Source: Carpediemonas membranifera BICM | Taxonomy: Eukaryota; Protista; Fornicata | NCBI GenBank assembly: GCA_019828565.1 | Contig: JAHDYR010000003.1 | Coordinates: 186,001 to 250,000 of the forward strand | DNA: 64,000 bases | Direction: 5' to 3' | Shown here: positions 1 to 12,000 of the stretch, one piece after another | Numbering within the stretch: position 1 is the stretch's first letter | Layout: each line of letters opens with the position of its first letter | Position numbers and translations under genes: made by a program | The notes under the pieces: model-generated | What the model was told of the DNA's origin: nothing | Database searches by the model: none | The model's input: the letters and a program-made list of their open reading frames with translations, nothing else

Positions 1-3000
1 ATGCCCTCGACGGTACCCGAGAGCGTGAGGATCATGTCCAGGGCCCTGGGGACCATGGAGTTCAGCCACGTCATACTGTGGGGGGCAAAGTCAAGTCGAC
101 TGACAACTCTGTCGATCACATGGTCGACAAAGGCAGTCAGCCATAGACTGTCGGGCTTGCTGTTGAAGAAGCCGCTGTACTCTATGGACTCTGGCACTGC
201 GATCGGGGCCCACAGTTCATACCAGAGCTCGGCGACGGCCGCCATGAGGGCTGTGGGGTTCATGGTGATGGCAGACTCCGTGTTGGGCTGTGACAGGGCC
301 GCCGCAGCCACCGTCTGTGCGAGAACGGCGCTGATGCCCATGAGGATCTTGAGGGCATACGGGGAAAGATCGGGGTGGGTCATGGCCTGGTCGACCGTCT
401 GGACGGGCACCTCGTAGCCGGCATCGGGGTCGGGGTCGCTGTACTCGGACGAGTCGGAGGAGTAGTCGCTGTCGTACTCACTCGAGTCGTCTGAAGTCGC
501 CTCGAAGTCAGAGTCGGAGTCGGAGTCAGAGTCGGAGTCGAGTTGCCAGCGCTTGGCTCTGCGTCGTTCAACAATGTCGGAGTCATCTGAGTCGCTGTCC
601 GACTCGCTCGACTCGGACTCAGCAGTGGAGTCGTCCGCGGGCTTGGCTGGGATCATCTCGAAGATGTCTGTGAGGATAGAGCTGTCCAGGGCGAGCTTGC
701 AGCACATGTTGACGTCCACGGCGTTGCACATCTTTGTCAGGCGTGCGATGATGGTGACCATGGAGCATGCCGCTTGGAGGATGCGGGTGTGCTCGTTGGG
801 CTTGAGTCCGACAACTGTCTGGACGCTCTTCATCGCCATAAAGGTCGAGGCGAGCAGGACGGCGGTGGGGATGGCGCTGAGGGAGTCCTTGTCCGCCTTG
901 ATGAGGCGGACGGCGATACCGGCGGCCCGGTTCATGAGGGCGTTGGCGTTGAAGGTCTTGCCGTTGACAACCGTGGCGCACGAGACGACGTGCTTCATGA
1001 GGGCGAGCATTCCGAAGTTGGACTGGCCTACGACGGAGACGGCGGCGATGACAGCGGCGACGGACCGTTTCTTGGGCACCAGCTGGCACGCGGTCTCGGC
1101 AATAAACGTGACGAGGGCGTGGTCGTCACTCTGGAGCTGGCGGAGCAGGTCGTGGGCGTACACCGCGGCGAACTCATGCATGGCGTCGTTTCCTACTGTA
1201 ATAGCGGAGAGTTCCTTGGCGAGGTCAGACGCGCCATCCTTGAGGAAAGCCTCGAGCAGCGTCACTCTCTGGATAATGCTTTCGTGGTGCTCCATCATCG
1301 TCTCCCGCCACCGCTCAGTCTCGGCGAAGATGGCGTTGCTGAAGGGGAAGAGCAGGGTGGCGGGGCTGCGGGTGAGGGTGACCTTGAACGTCTGGCCCAT
1401 CGGGGAGGTCGAGGACTTCCCCACAGCCACAAAGACGTGGTGTTCAGCGAGCCTTGACCACAGCTCGTGCCAGGCCTTGGCGTGGCGGGCTGGTTTGACG
1501 ACAGAGGACAGGTTATGGCACGTGTCGAGGCTGGCGATGACGAACCTGAAGGCGAAGAGCACCTTGTCCATTATGACGGCCTTGAGGTGCTTCTTGAGAG
1601 AACCCTGCTTGCTGCCAGTGGCCTTGGCCTCTGCCTTCATCCAGTCATCCATAAATGACATGAAGATCTCAGCGTCTTCGGGCTGCTTGTCATGGTCCAG
1701 CACGAGCTGCTCAGCCAGATGATACACGACCCGCCTCATCCTCTTGTTCCCAGCGAGAGTCCTGGCCACTTCGTCAGCGTGCGTGCGGTCCTTGGAGCTT
1801 GGATCATGCACCGTGTGCTTCAGGGCGTCGAGGATGTCTGCCCGCACCTCGTCCGGGTTGAGGGTATCACAATCCAGCCTCTGTCTGACAATAGCGGCGG
1901 TGTCGGCCTCGCTGACCGTCCATCTGTCGCACGTGTCATCGATATGGTAGTGCTCCCACTTCCCGTCGAAGCTGCGGACGATGTCAGCTGGTCTGAACCT
2001 CGCCCGCTGGTCGACGCCCTCCCTGTGACACTCTGTCTCTACTCTGTGGCAGTGTGCGATGAGCACCAGGGCGGGGGTGCGGGTCGCCTTGATCTTGATC
2101 GGCTTGCCCGTCTTCTTGTTCTTCCAGAGATCCTCGATGCTGTGCTCGACAGTGCGGAGGAGGGCGCCGCTGGAGAATGCGAGGCTCTCCTGGTCGGCGA
2201 CGAGGACCTGGACCCCGCCCTGCTTCTCCCAGGTGCGGAGGATCTTCGTCAGGTCCTTGCGGGTGTCGACGGTGCTCAGGGGCGTGTACCGGACGGCCTC
2301 CTTGTCGACGCCGGCGCCCTCAGCGGCCTGGGCAACGATGGCTTCCTGGGCGTCGACGTCGGCGAAGGTGGTGACGAAGAGACGCACTGGCTTCATCTTG
2401 GAGCCCTCGTCATCCTGGCTGTCTTTTGCCTTCTTTCCACCGCTGGCCTTGACCTTCTTCTTCTTGGCCTCGACCACGTGGTTCTTGAGGGCGTCGGCCA
2501 GGCAGGCGGCATGGCCGTCGTTCTGACCGAGAAGCAGGCGAGCCTCCTCAGACGCCGTGCGCCACAAAGCGGCCTTGGTGAAGTCGACAACCCTCTCTGC
2601 CTCGGCGTCGGCGTCAGACGCCTCGTCGTCGAACTGGCCGTCGACGAGGTCAGCGATAGACTGCTCCAGACCGATACCGTGGCCGACGAAGAGCGGCGTC
2701 TGTGCCGTCTGTGTCCCGAACGGCCTGAGCCTTGACAGAGCTTGCTCCTGGTCGGTAACCCAGCCGATTACGGTCCTCGCAGCGTTGGCAGCGACGTCGG
2801 TCATGTTCTCGAGGGACGAGTCAAAGAGATACTTCTCGAACCTGTTGAGGAGGGGGATGGGCATGTCGCGGTAGACCTCCTGTGGCGTGGCGATTACTAT
2901 GAGGCGGAAGTTCTTGTGGACAAGCGCCTTGACCTCAATCGACCGGAAGCCGAGGTCGACATATGATCTGGCACCATATGTCGTGTAGGCGCAGTTGAAC

Positions 3001-6000
3001 AGGTCGTAGCAGGCCTCGTAAAGCTTGTCGAGGCCAGTCAGTACGACCGTCCCACCCCGGTCGAGCTGGACTTTCAGGCGCTGCAGCAGGGCGCAGTGGG
3101 CGACGTAGGTGCGGTCCTTCTCGAAGCTGGAGCCCCAGATAACCTCTGCGTTCTCGGGGACTATCTTGTACCTCACCAGGGTCTTGAGGATACCGGCGGG
3201 GTTGGATGAGATAATCATGGGGTAGCGGGCATGGCCGCCACGCTCCCTGAGAGCTGTCTTGATGAGTCGGCTCATGCGGTGCTCCTTCTTGAGGCTGGAG
3301 GCGTCAGAGATGTTGATGCGCTCAATCTCAATGACGGCGTCCTCGATCATCTTGTTCACGCGGGTCTGGGCGCCTGCCGGTAGACCGCTGAAGTTGCGGC
3401 GGACGGCTTCCACGAGGATGTCCTGGATCTGCATGCCTGGCTCCCGAAGTCTGTCGGCAATGAGCTTGCACGCAGAGAAGAAGTCGCGCTGGGCGAAGAA
3501 GTTGGAACGTGGGAATAGTGTGTTCGTCGAGCTGACGTCGTTGTGGGTGAGGGGTTTGATATCGGTCGTGCTCTCCTCCGCCATGGTCCTGACGAGGGTC
3601 TGGTAGGCCTTGGACAGGGCCTCGAGGAAGGGCCGGGTGACGTTGGGGTCGACGTCCTGCTGCTTAGCCCGCTTCTTGCCGTGGAGGAGGGTCTGGTTGG
3701 TGACCGTGATATCCACGGCCGTCTTGATGAGGTCGGCCTCGCTGGGCGTGTCTCTGAGCACCCACAGGCCGCGGTTGAGCTTGGCAGGGTCGAGTGCCCA
3801 GTTGGACATGGCCACGAACCCGATACGCTGCTCCACTGGGACGTCGAGCATGTGGTCGAACTTCTGGTGGAGGATCTTGAGCGGCATGTCGGTTGACATC
3901 TCCGCCAGACCGATCTCCTCGAGGCAAAGGGCGTAGATCATGCCCGCCGTCCTACTATTGGCGACGCTCTTCTCCACAGTCTCGAAGGCCTCGGCTAGGT
4001 CAGTTGTCCGGGTGATAGGCGAGCACTGCAGGGTCTGGAAGTGAACGGCGGGCAGCTGGGAGAATAGGGCGTCCTCGTTCCTAGTCCCGACCATGGTGTC
4101 CTTGATGACTGTCTTGGACAGCGTCTTGGACGTACCGGGGAGACCAATGATGTACATGGGGAGCCGTAGCACCAGAGTGCACACCATGAGGAAACAGTTC
4201 TCACTCAGGGCGTCGTTCATCGCTGTGCCCTTGGGGAGCTGGAGGTGGTCTGTGACGCAGCGGCGGAACACGGTGACTGTCTCGGCCACCTCCTCGCCGT
4301 TGAAGCCCGAGTCGGCGTCCACAAGGCCGGCCTGGAGGATGGCAGTGGCGACAGCGTCGTACAGCTCCGTCCTGGGGCTGACCTTGGAGCCGTACACGCA
4401 GGCAACGGCAGTGACAGCGGCGGCGTAGTCACCAAAGCCCACAGTGAGCTTGTTGACCTCAGCCTCGGCGTCGTCGGTGAAGTACTCCATGAGCCCATGT
4501 TTGTCGCCAATGGGATAGCGTGTGAAGAGGGCAAACATCTCCGCCACCATGTTGACCTCTCTGAAGGAGACGTGCCGGCATTGGGAGCTGGGGCTCGTCG
4601 TCATGTAGCTGTGGGCCGCGTGTGTCACCACTGAGAGGAAGGAGAGCTGCTCCTTGTATGTGTCCGGTGCGATGGAGCCCTTGTCGAAGGAGTGCATGCG
4701 GGAGAGCGTCTCATCAAGCCGGATCCTGATGCAGTCAGTGAGCTCATGGGCGGGCAGTGACTCAAAGGAGACGACGAAGTGGGTAAGTGTGGGAGGTAGC
4801 TTCTCCACGCGGTACACCAGCTTGGCCATCTTCTCGTCTGTCGTTGACCCGAGATCGTCGAGGTTGAGACCGGCCCTGCGAACAAAGGTGAGCTCCTCGT
4901 CAGAGCGGGAAACGTAGGGGTTGATGGCGCCGACCAGGGCGAGGATGGCACCAGAGTTGTCGAGCTTCTTGTCTCTTAGGAAGTTGCGGCCGATGACCTC
5001 GTTGATGAGGACGCCGTCGATGCGGTGCTCGCAGATGATCTCCTTGAATATGTTGATCGACTTCGTGGTGTTGAGCTCGTCAAAGAATAGGATGACGCGG
5101 CGGTTGGTGCTCTCGTAGAGGTCTCTGGCTTCAATGACCTTCTCGCGCAGCTCCTTGTAGAGCCGGGTCTCGTCATAAGCTGCGTGGATCCTCATGTGAA
5201 TGAGCTCCATGCCGGTCCGTTCGGCGATGCACTGGATGGTGTAGGTGTTGTGGGTCACCAGCATGCTCTCCGTGACAATGAAACGGCAGGTCGGGCCCTC
5301 CATGGTGAAGCCGTAGTAGTCGTCCTCGGGCTGGGGGGTGACGGTGAAGCCGACTGGGGTGGGTCCATCAGGGGAGGCCATGTCCGTCTTGTGGACGCGA
5401 CAGGGGAGGGCGCCGTGGATCATAAAGCTGGACGTCGCGGCATCAGCGCCGCTCTCCTTGACCAAGAGCCCGAGGGCGCGAGCAATGAACTTGATGTCCT
5501 CCTCGACCTGGCCCTGGGCGTGGGTGATGACGAAGGCGCCACTGTCGAGCGTGCCGTTGGTGTCGACGAACCCGGCCAGGAAGCTGAGCCGCTGCTGCAC
5601 GGAGCCGAGTTTGATGGCTGGGGGAACGTGTTTGGTGGAGCAGAGGTCGTTGGCTCGCAGCCATGTCAGGAAGGGGCTGTCGAGACCGTCGTCCCCGAGG
5701 AGGATGTAGCAATCAGCCTCGTCAGCCGGCACAAGGCGGCAGCCGACCGACTTGGCCCACAGTCTGAACCCTTCGACGACGTCTGGGTCGGCTGCAGTGA
5801 GCTGGGGCTCGCCATCGTGGCCCACGCTCCCAGTACCGAGCCAGGCGCCGAGGGTCCACTCGAACGAGGGGGCGTCAGGGACGTCATCGACCACGGCCGG
5901 CGGTGAATTAGCGAGGGCTGCAGACGTGTCGAACCGCTCGATGCGGGGGGCGTGGAACATGAAGGCCCGCTCACGGAGGTTGGGGTGCATGCATTCGTCG

Positions 6001-9000
6001 TCGAGGAAACGTCTGACTGGCATGTCGAGGATGGTGCCGTCGTGCAGGACGGGGCAGTTCTCGTGCACGGCGTCGGGCTGCTCGAGGGTGGCCTTGAATG
6101 CCTCAGCGGCGTCAAGGTCGGTGAAGGCCTCGGATCTGGCTCTGACGGCGGAGACCTCATTGGCCTCGTCGCGGCTGACGAGGACGAACTCGACACGACA
6201 GTCGCTGTCCTTGGTCAAGGTAGGTCCAGCACCGCTCATCATGAATGATATGACGTGGGACATGTTGGATGTGAACGCCCCGACGCCCGTCTCGACCCGC
6301 GCCATCTCCTCCCGGCCTCGGGCGACTGTCAGGACGCGCTTGGGGGTCCCCTCGGCGCCCATGATCATGTCGCCGGCCTGGATGTCCTCAGCGCACTGGA
6401 ACTGACCGCTGGCCATGAGGACCTTGGTGCCGCGGGCCAGGCACTTGCCCGAGCCTGTGGCGCCGCAAAGGATGGTGGGTACACCTGCCATGAGCCTCAT
6501 GGCGATGGAGACGGCCCTGTTGTACGAGTACCCCGTCATGACGAAGGGGCGCTGGCGGGTGCCGACCGAATCAGCAAGGTCGGCGAGCAGTCCGGAGAAC
6601 CTGATGTCATCGGCCTTCTCGGCGTCGGTACCGCGGCTGAGCATCATGCCGACCATCTCCGCCATGTGCTTGTGGCGGTTGGGGTCTGGGATCGTCATCA
6701 GTTCCGACCTGACAGCAGCGTCGTGGCCGTCGAGGACGATGTCCTTGGCCGCGTGGGTGATGAGGTTCTCGACGGCGTAGGCCTGATAGACGTAATTGTC
6801 TTGCATTCTGTGGTGCATGTCGTAGAAATATGCCATAAAGCGTCTGATCTGACGCTGGTACGAGTACGCCTGCGCGTTGCTGGGCAGGCAGTCTCGTACA
6901 ATGGCGTTCAGCTCAGCCACGCCGTCTGGGAAGGGGACGACATTGAGCTTGCGCTTGACGTAGTCTGGTATCCTATCCACAGTGGTCCTCATGAAATCGA
7001 ACTCGTGGAAGCGGCCGTAGCGATCAGTGCGGCCGGGGGGCTTCCTGAGCGTGCCGTCTCTCATGGCCTGGCGGTATGCTATGAGGAGGTGGTTCTCGAA
7101 AGCACTGAAGCTTCCGTTGATAACACACAGTGCTCTCTGAGACTCTGCTTCCCTCCCGACCTTGTTGTCGAACTCGTAGTGCACCAGATCAGTGCTGACG
7201 CCGTACCTGTCGTGCAGGGCCGTCCTGTCCTCCTTATGGAGCACCAACTCGGTGCAGTTGAGCATGAGGCCGAGCTTCCAGGCTCTAGTCAGACCGCCCT
7301 TGTGTCTCAGAGTGGCCTCGACAAAGGTCGACCGGTTTCTGTCGACCACCTTGCCGTTGGCCATGACTAGCCGACGGAGCACCATGAAGTCGAAGAGGAT
7401 GCCTGATATGTCCCCTGTGGCTGTGGGGGATACTTGGATGAGGTTCACCGCACCCTCTTCCAAGTTGGAGAAGAGCTCGGGCCTGATGGGGCCGTTGATC
7501 GAGATGTTGTTGGTCGGTGGGCCTCTGAACTTGCCGTCGGGCCCGTTCGACCCAAACTTGCGGAGGAGTCCGAAGATGAAGCGGGTCTTGCCAGTACCGC
7601 TGCTGCCGCTGGTGACGACGGTGACGTCTCTCACCGCGCTCTGCTTCCTCACCCACCGCTTGAGCTCTGCGAGGTTCTTGGCGGGGTCTGCGGCCTTGAG
7701 GGACCGGACGCTGGCCGTCTCGGTGAGCTGGCCGACTATGAAAGCAGCCTTGACGTCCTTATCGACCTCGATAACCGCCACTCGGGCCTTGGGAGGGAGG
7801 TCGCGCATGACCTTGATGAGGGCCACCTGCATGGCCCGGGGCATCACCGAGGGTCTGATCGCGACGAACACGGCATGGGGCTTGGCTGACCCGACCCGCT
7901 GGCCAAAGCGGGCGACGTCGTCAATGGTGGTGTCGGGCTTGCATCGGAAAACCTCAGCCGAGATGGGCAGTCTGCCGACTTCCGTCCTGAACAGGTCGAG
8001 ACAGAATACAAAGGGGTCAGTCATGTGTGTGTCGCCCACGAGGAAAACGTTGGACGCCCCCTTGAGAACTACATGGGACTCTGGCTTGCCGGGCTTGGGA
8101 ATGGTGATCTTCCCGAGCTGGGGGATGACCTTATGGATGGCAGAGATGTCGGTGCTACGACATATGGCCTGCTCGAGGTTATATACCGTGTCGCCGTCGT
8201 TCAACTTGCGGAGGAGTCGCATGACAGTCGATGACTCAGCGCAGGCCAGGTCGAAGCTCTCAGCCTGCAGCCGACGGAGCTGGACCATCCAAGTCGTCTC
8301 AACTTGGGCCAGGCGCTTGGAGATGTCGTCAATGTCGTCTGCACTGGCGTGCCAGAAGTGGAAGACGTGCCTCACTGCAAAGGCGGGGTGACCAGTCCTG
8401 GCGAGGTTATGAGCGTTACCAGCCAGCCTCCTGCACGCGGCGATGAGCTTCTTGATGTGCTTGACGTCCTTGCTCTTGCTGTTCTTGCCCTCCTCGTCCT
8501 GTTCCATCAACACAGCCCTGGCCTCGATGTCCAATAACTGGGCGAATGAGATCTTCCTGGCAGACTGTGTCTGGCTCCGGATCATGCCAATGGCGTCCCT
8601 GATGTCTGCGGGACTTGCCCCGGCGTCCATGGTCTGGGCCATCGATGACTTCAGTTGACTCACCCGGTCGACACTAGCGTCGTTTGAGTCGAACACGAGG
8701 AAAGAGACGAGCTGGGTGTTGTCCTCAAAGGCGGGCAGGGAGCGGGGGTCGAGGTCGAGGACGATGAGGCCACCCCTGATCTCGGCCAGCTGAGACATGG
8801 TCTTCTTCTTGCCCGACGCGGTGACCTTCGCCTTGAGGTCCGTGAGCTCAGTCAGGAAGGTGATCGAGTTCACCATCGACTCGGTGCTCGTCAGGATCCT
8901 GTCACACCGGTTCTTGTCCTTGACAGCCTCCCACAGTCGGTTGGTGAATGTCTGGAAGTTCGTGATGTGACTCCTGAATGATCCAATCAAATCTCTGAGG

Positions 9001-12000
9001 ACAAGGACGTCCTCGATGACGTCCTGGAGCTGGATGTTGTTCCCGTCGATGTGGTCTCTGCCGATCTCCACGAACTGCTTGAAGTTGTTCTTGAGTCTGC
9101 TGTCGGTCTTGGTCAGCTCATCGCCGGGCCCGTACGATTCGAGGGCCGGGACGAGGAAGTTGTTCTGCCGGTCGACCAGCCAGTCCACAACCTTCCACAC
9201 GTTGTCCTCGCACATGTTGGCGATGGTCTTCAGTCGTTGCTCGGCCCTGGCGTCGCCTGTCTCGCCGATAATCAGACCGCGAGAATCTGACTCGACCTCC
9301 AGTCGGCCGGTGCTAAACCCTGCGATGTCATTGAGTGGCGCGGTCGGGTCGTCGCGGCGCTTGAGGTTCTCCGTCATCATCAGGATATCCTGCACTTTAG
9401 GGTCGACCCGCATCATAGCAGGCTGGATACGGATGGCTAGGTCGCAGAGGAGCTTCATTGCAGTGCCGTTCTTGGCAGTCTCGACCAGCTGGTTGAGGCG
9501 GGTGATCGTGCTGGCGACCTCGTCGGGCAGAGTGACCGACTGTGAAAAGCGAGTCATGGTCTCGTCACAATTACCACTGATGTCTACAGACGTCAGGTCG
9601 AACTCGGGGCCAGGCGTCTGTGTGGCGACGTACAGCTGGGTAAACTGCGAAGTCAGAGTCTCAGGGTCCATATCCCAGACGGGCTTGAGGTCGCCCATGG
9701 TGATGGTGCCGAGGCGGGCCGTGTTGAGGATGAGCTGGCACTCCTCCTTGAGCTTGGCAGAGACGGAGGCCAGGTTCTCCAGGGTGATCTTGCCCGTCCC
9801 GTCTGTCGCCCGGTCGATGTGGGCCATGATACGGCGGAAGAAGAAGGCGTTCTTATGTCCCAGAACGTAGAGCGTGTGGAGGTGCGGAAGGGCCGGGGCG
9901 AGGTCGGCCAGGCGGTTGGCCCAGTCGACGTAGTTGGTTTGAGAGAGAGGATTGAAGCTCTTAGCGAATGAATCGTCGAGCTTAGCGCCAAATGTCCCTA
10001 GAATATCGACCAGGAACTTCATAACGCGCTGGTTCCTCTTCTTCTGCAGTTCGAATACGGCTGACTGCTCTCTGATGGCGTTGTAACGCGCCTGGTTTGG
10101 CGTCACGACCGCTATGATGTCTGATCTGAACCCCACCACCTCGCTATCGGCAGGGTCAGGGGTGGGGTCGGGTTGAGTGTCGTCGTCCAGGGGTAGCAGG
10201 AGGGCGCACCGGTTGAAGAATCGGAGCTGGCCGATAGGTAGCTCACCTCGGCCACTAATGTGCTTCTCCACCATTCCTTTGAAGTCCTCGACTGATCTGC
10301 AGGTCAGGCCCGTGATGCGGTGGATGAGAAGCATCAGGCTGAAGAGAGGCTGCTGGTTTTCGGGGCGTACTTGCGTCTTGGTGTAGACTACGGCGAGGGG
10401 CGAGGCATCGTCCAGTGTTGTCGTCTCGAGCGCGGTCTTGAGAGCAGCCGTGAAGTCGATGGCTTCCTCGGTGGTCTTGGTGTTCTTCATCTCGGTTGAA
10501 ATGCGCCGCTCGAGAGTGGTTACCATGGCTCCAGGGAGTCCAACCACATACGACTTTGGGTTGAGGCAGTAGAGACGCATAAGGTCCACTGGGGAGTGCT
10601 CAACGCGGGGCAAGACGTACTTTGTCGGCCAATTAGGATCCATGCCCCGCTTGTATCTCTGGAGAATACCTGATACGGCGGATGCATATTTGACGATATC
10701 GGTGATGTCGTCGACCGCAGCGATGGCCTTGTCAAAGAGGGAATTGACAACGTCAAGCAACCCAGCGGTCTTGAAGAAGTCGGTTCCGACGTCAAGCATA
10801 TACTCCTCTGTGATGGTAACGGACTTGACGGCCTGCTGAAGGGCCTGTATCTCTTCGGTGTCTGGCTTCCAGGGAGCTGGGGCGTGAGACGGGACCGGCA
10901 CTTGGGTCTCACCCTCCTTGCAGTTCTCGTTGTGCTTGATGGCCTCGGCGTAGGCCTTATCATACGACTCTTTCGCAGCAATGGCGCCTCGATATGCGGC
11001 GACGGCGCTATCGATCTTGAGACGGTCCTCCTTGCAGACGATGTCCATGAAAGGAGCGCAAACCTCGGGGTAGACCTCCTTGTAGTCGGTGACGAACCTA
11101 CGAAGCCGCTTGAAACAGGTATCAGCGAGGGCGGGAACGTAGTCGATTACGAAGGGCATAAACTGGACAGGCGCTTTCTCGAGGATGTGTCGGAAGAACT
11201 TCTCGGAGAAGAAACGAATGGGAACGTCGCAAACCTTGTGACGCTTGAAACCGGCTTCGATAGAGTCGGCAATATCGGTCTGCTGCTTCATCCACAGCTG
11301 TATGGGCGTCTCGGAAGGTATCACGGCGTCCTCGAAGAAGGCTGCCGTGCCGTCGCTCTCAGCGCCGCTATCATCAGCAGGCTGGGGCTCTGCGTCGGTG
11401 TCATCGTCCTCGGCGGCCATGGGCAGGGCGACGTAGAAGTCGGGGACCTGCGGCAGGGAGTCACATAGTGGGAGGATGTCTATGATGTTCTTCTCGCTAA
11501 CGATAAACGAGGATATGGGGTCAGGCAGCTGAGGGAACCTGAGATCCCTTTTCTCAGTCTCGTCATCGTGTAGCATCTTCCAAGCCTTAGAAATGATGTG
11601 CTCAAAGCAGTTGGGATCATCTGGAAGAGGATGATTCCACTTTGCGATCTGCTCATCATCAAGGGCCGGGAAGATCTTGGCGAGATCCTCAGGCGAGTGT
11701 TTGTTGTGCATGAGGGCGGACCAGCTGTGGCTCTTGATGTCCTTGTACTCGCTGGTGATGTGCGGGTACTGGGCTAGGAACAGGTCGACAGGGGCGTGGT
11801 TCAAGGTGAAGGATTTTGTCCTGCCCCACATCGGTCTACGAACCTCCTCATCATCAATCGAGAAGACGGCGCAGTCATCGACGAGTTTGACGTCAAGCGT
11901 TGTGGCAAGGAGCTTCTTCGTGAGCTTCAGAACCTCGGGTTTTTCGTCTTTGTTCTTCTTAGAAGAGAACACGACCTTCTGATCCTTGCTGTGTACGATG

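Noticed and set aside
430-630. GAGTCG hexamer runs as a regulatory microsatellite
   Set aside because: They encode an Asp/Ser-rich tract in the giant minus-strand ORF.
553-11982. Many long plus-strand ORFs in the ORF track
   Set aside because: They are antisense shadows of the GC3-biased RNF213-like gene and have no recognisable motifs.
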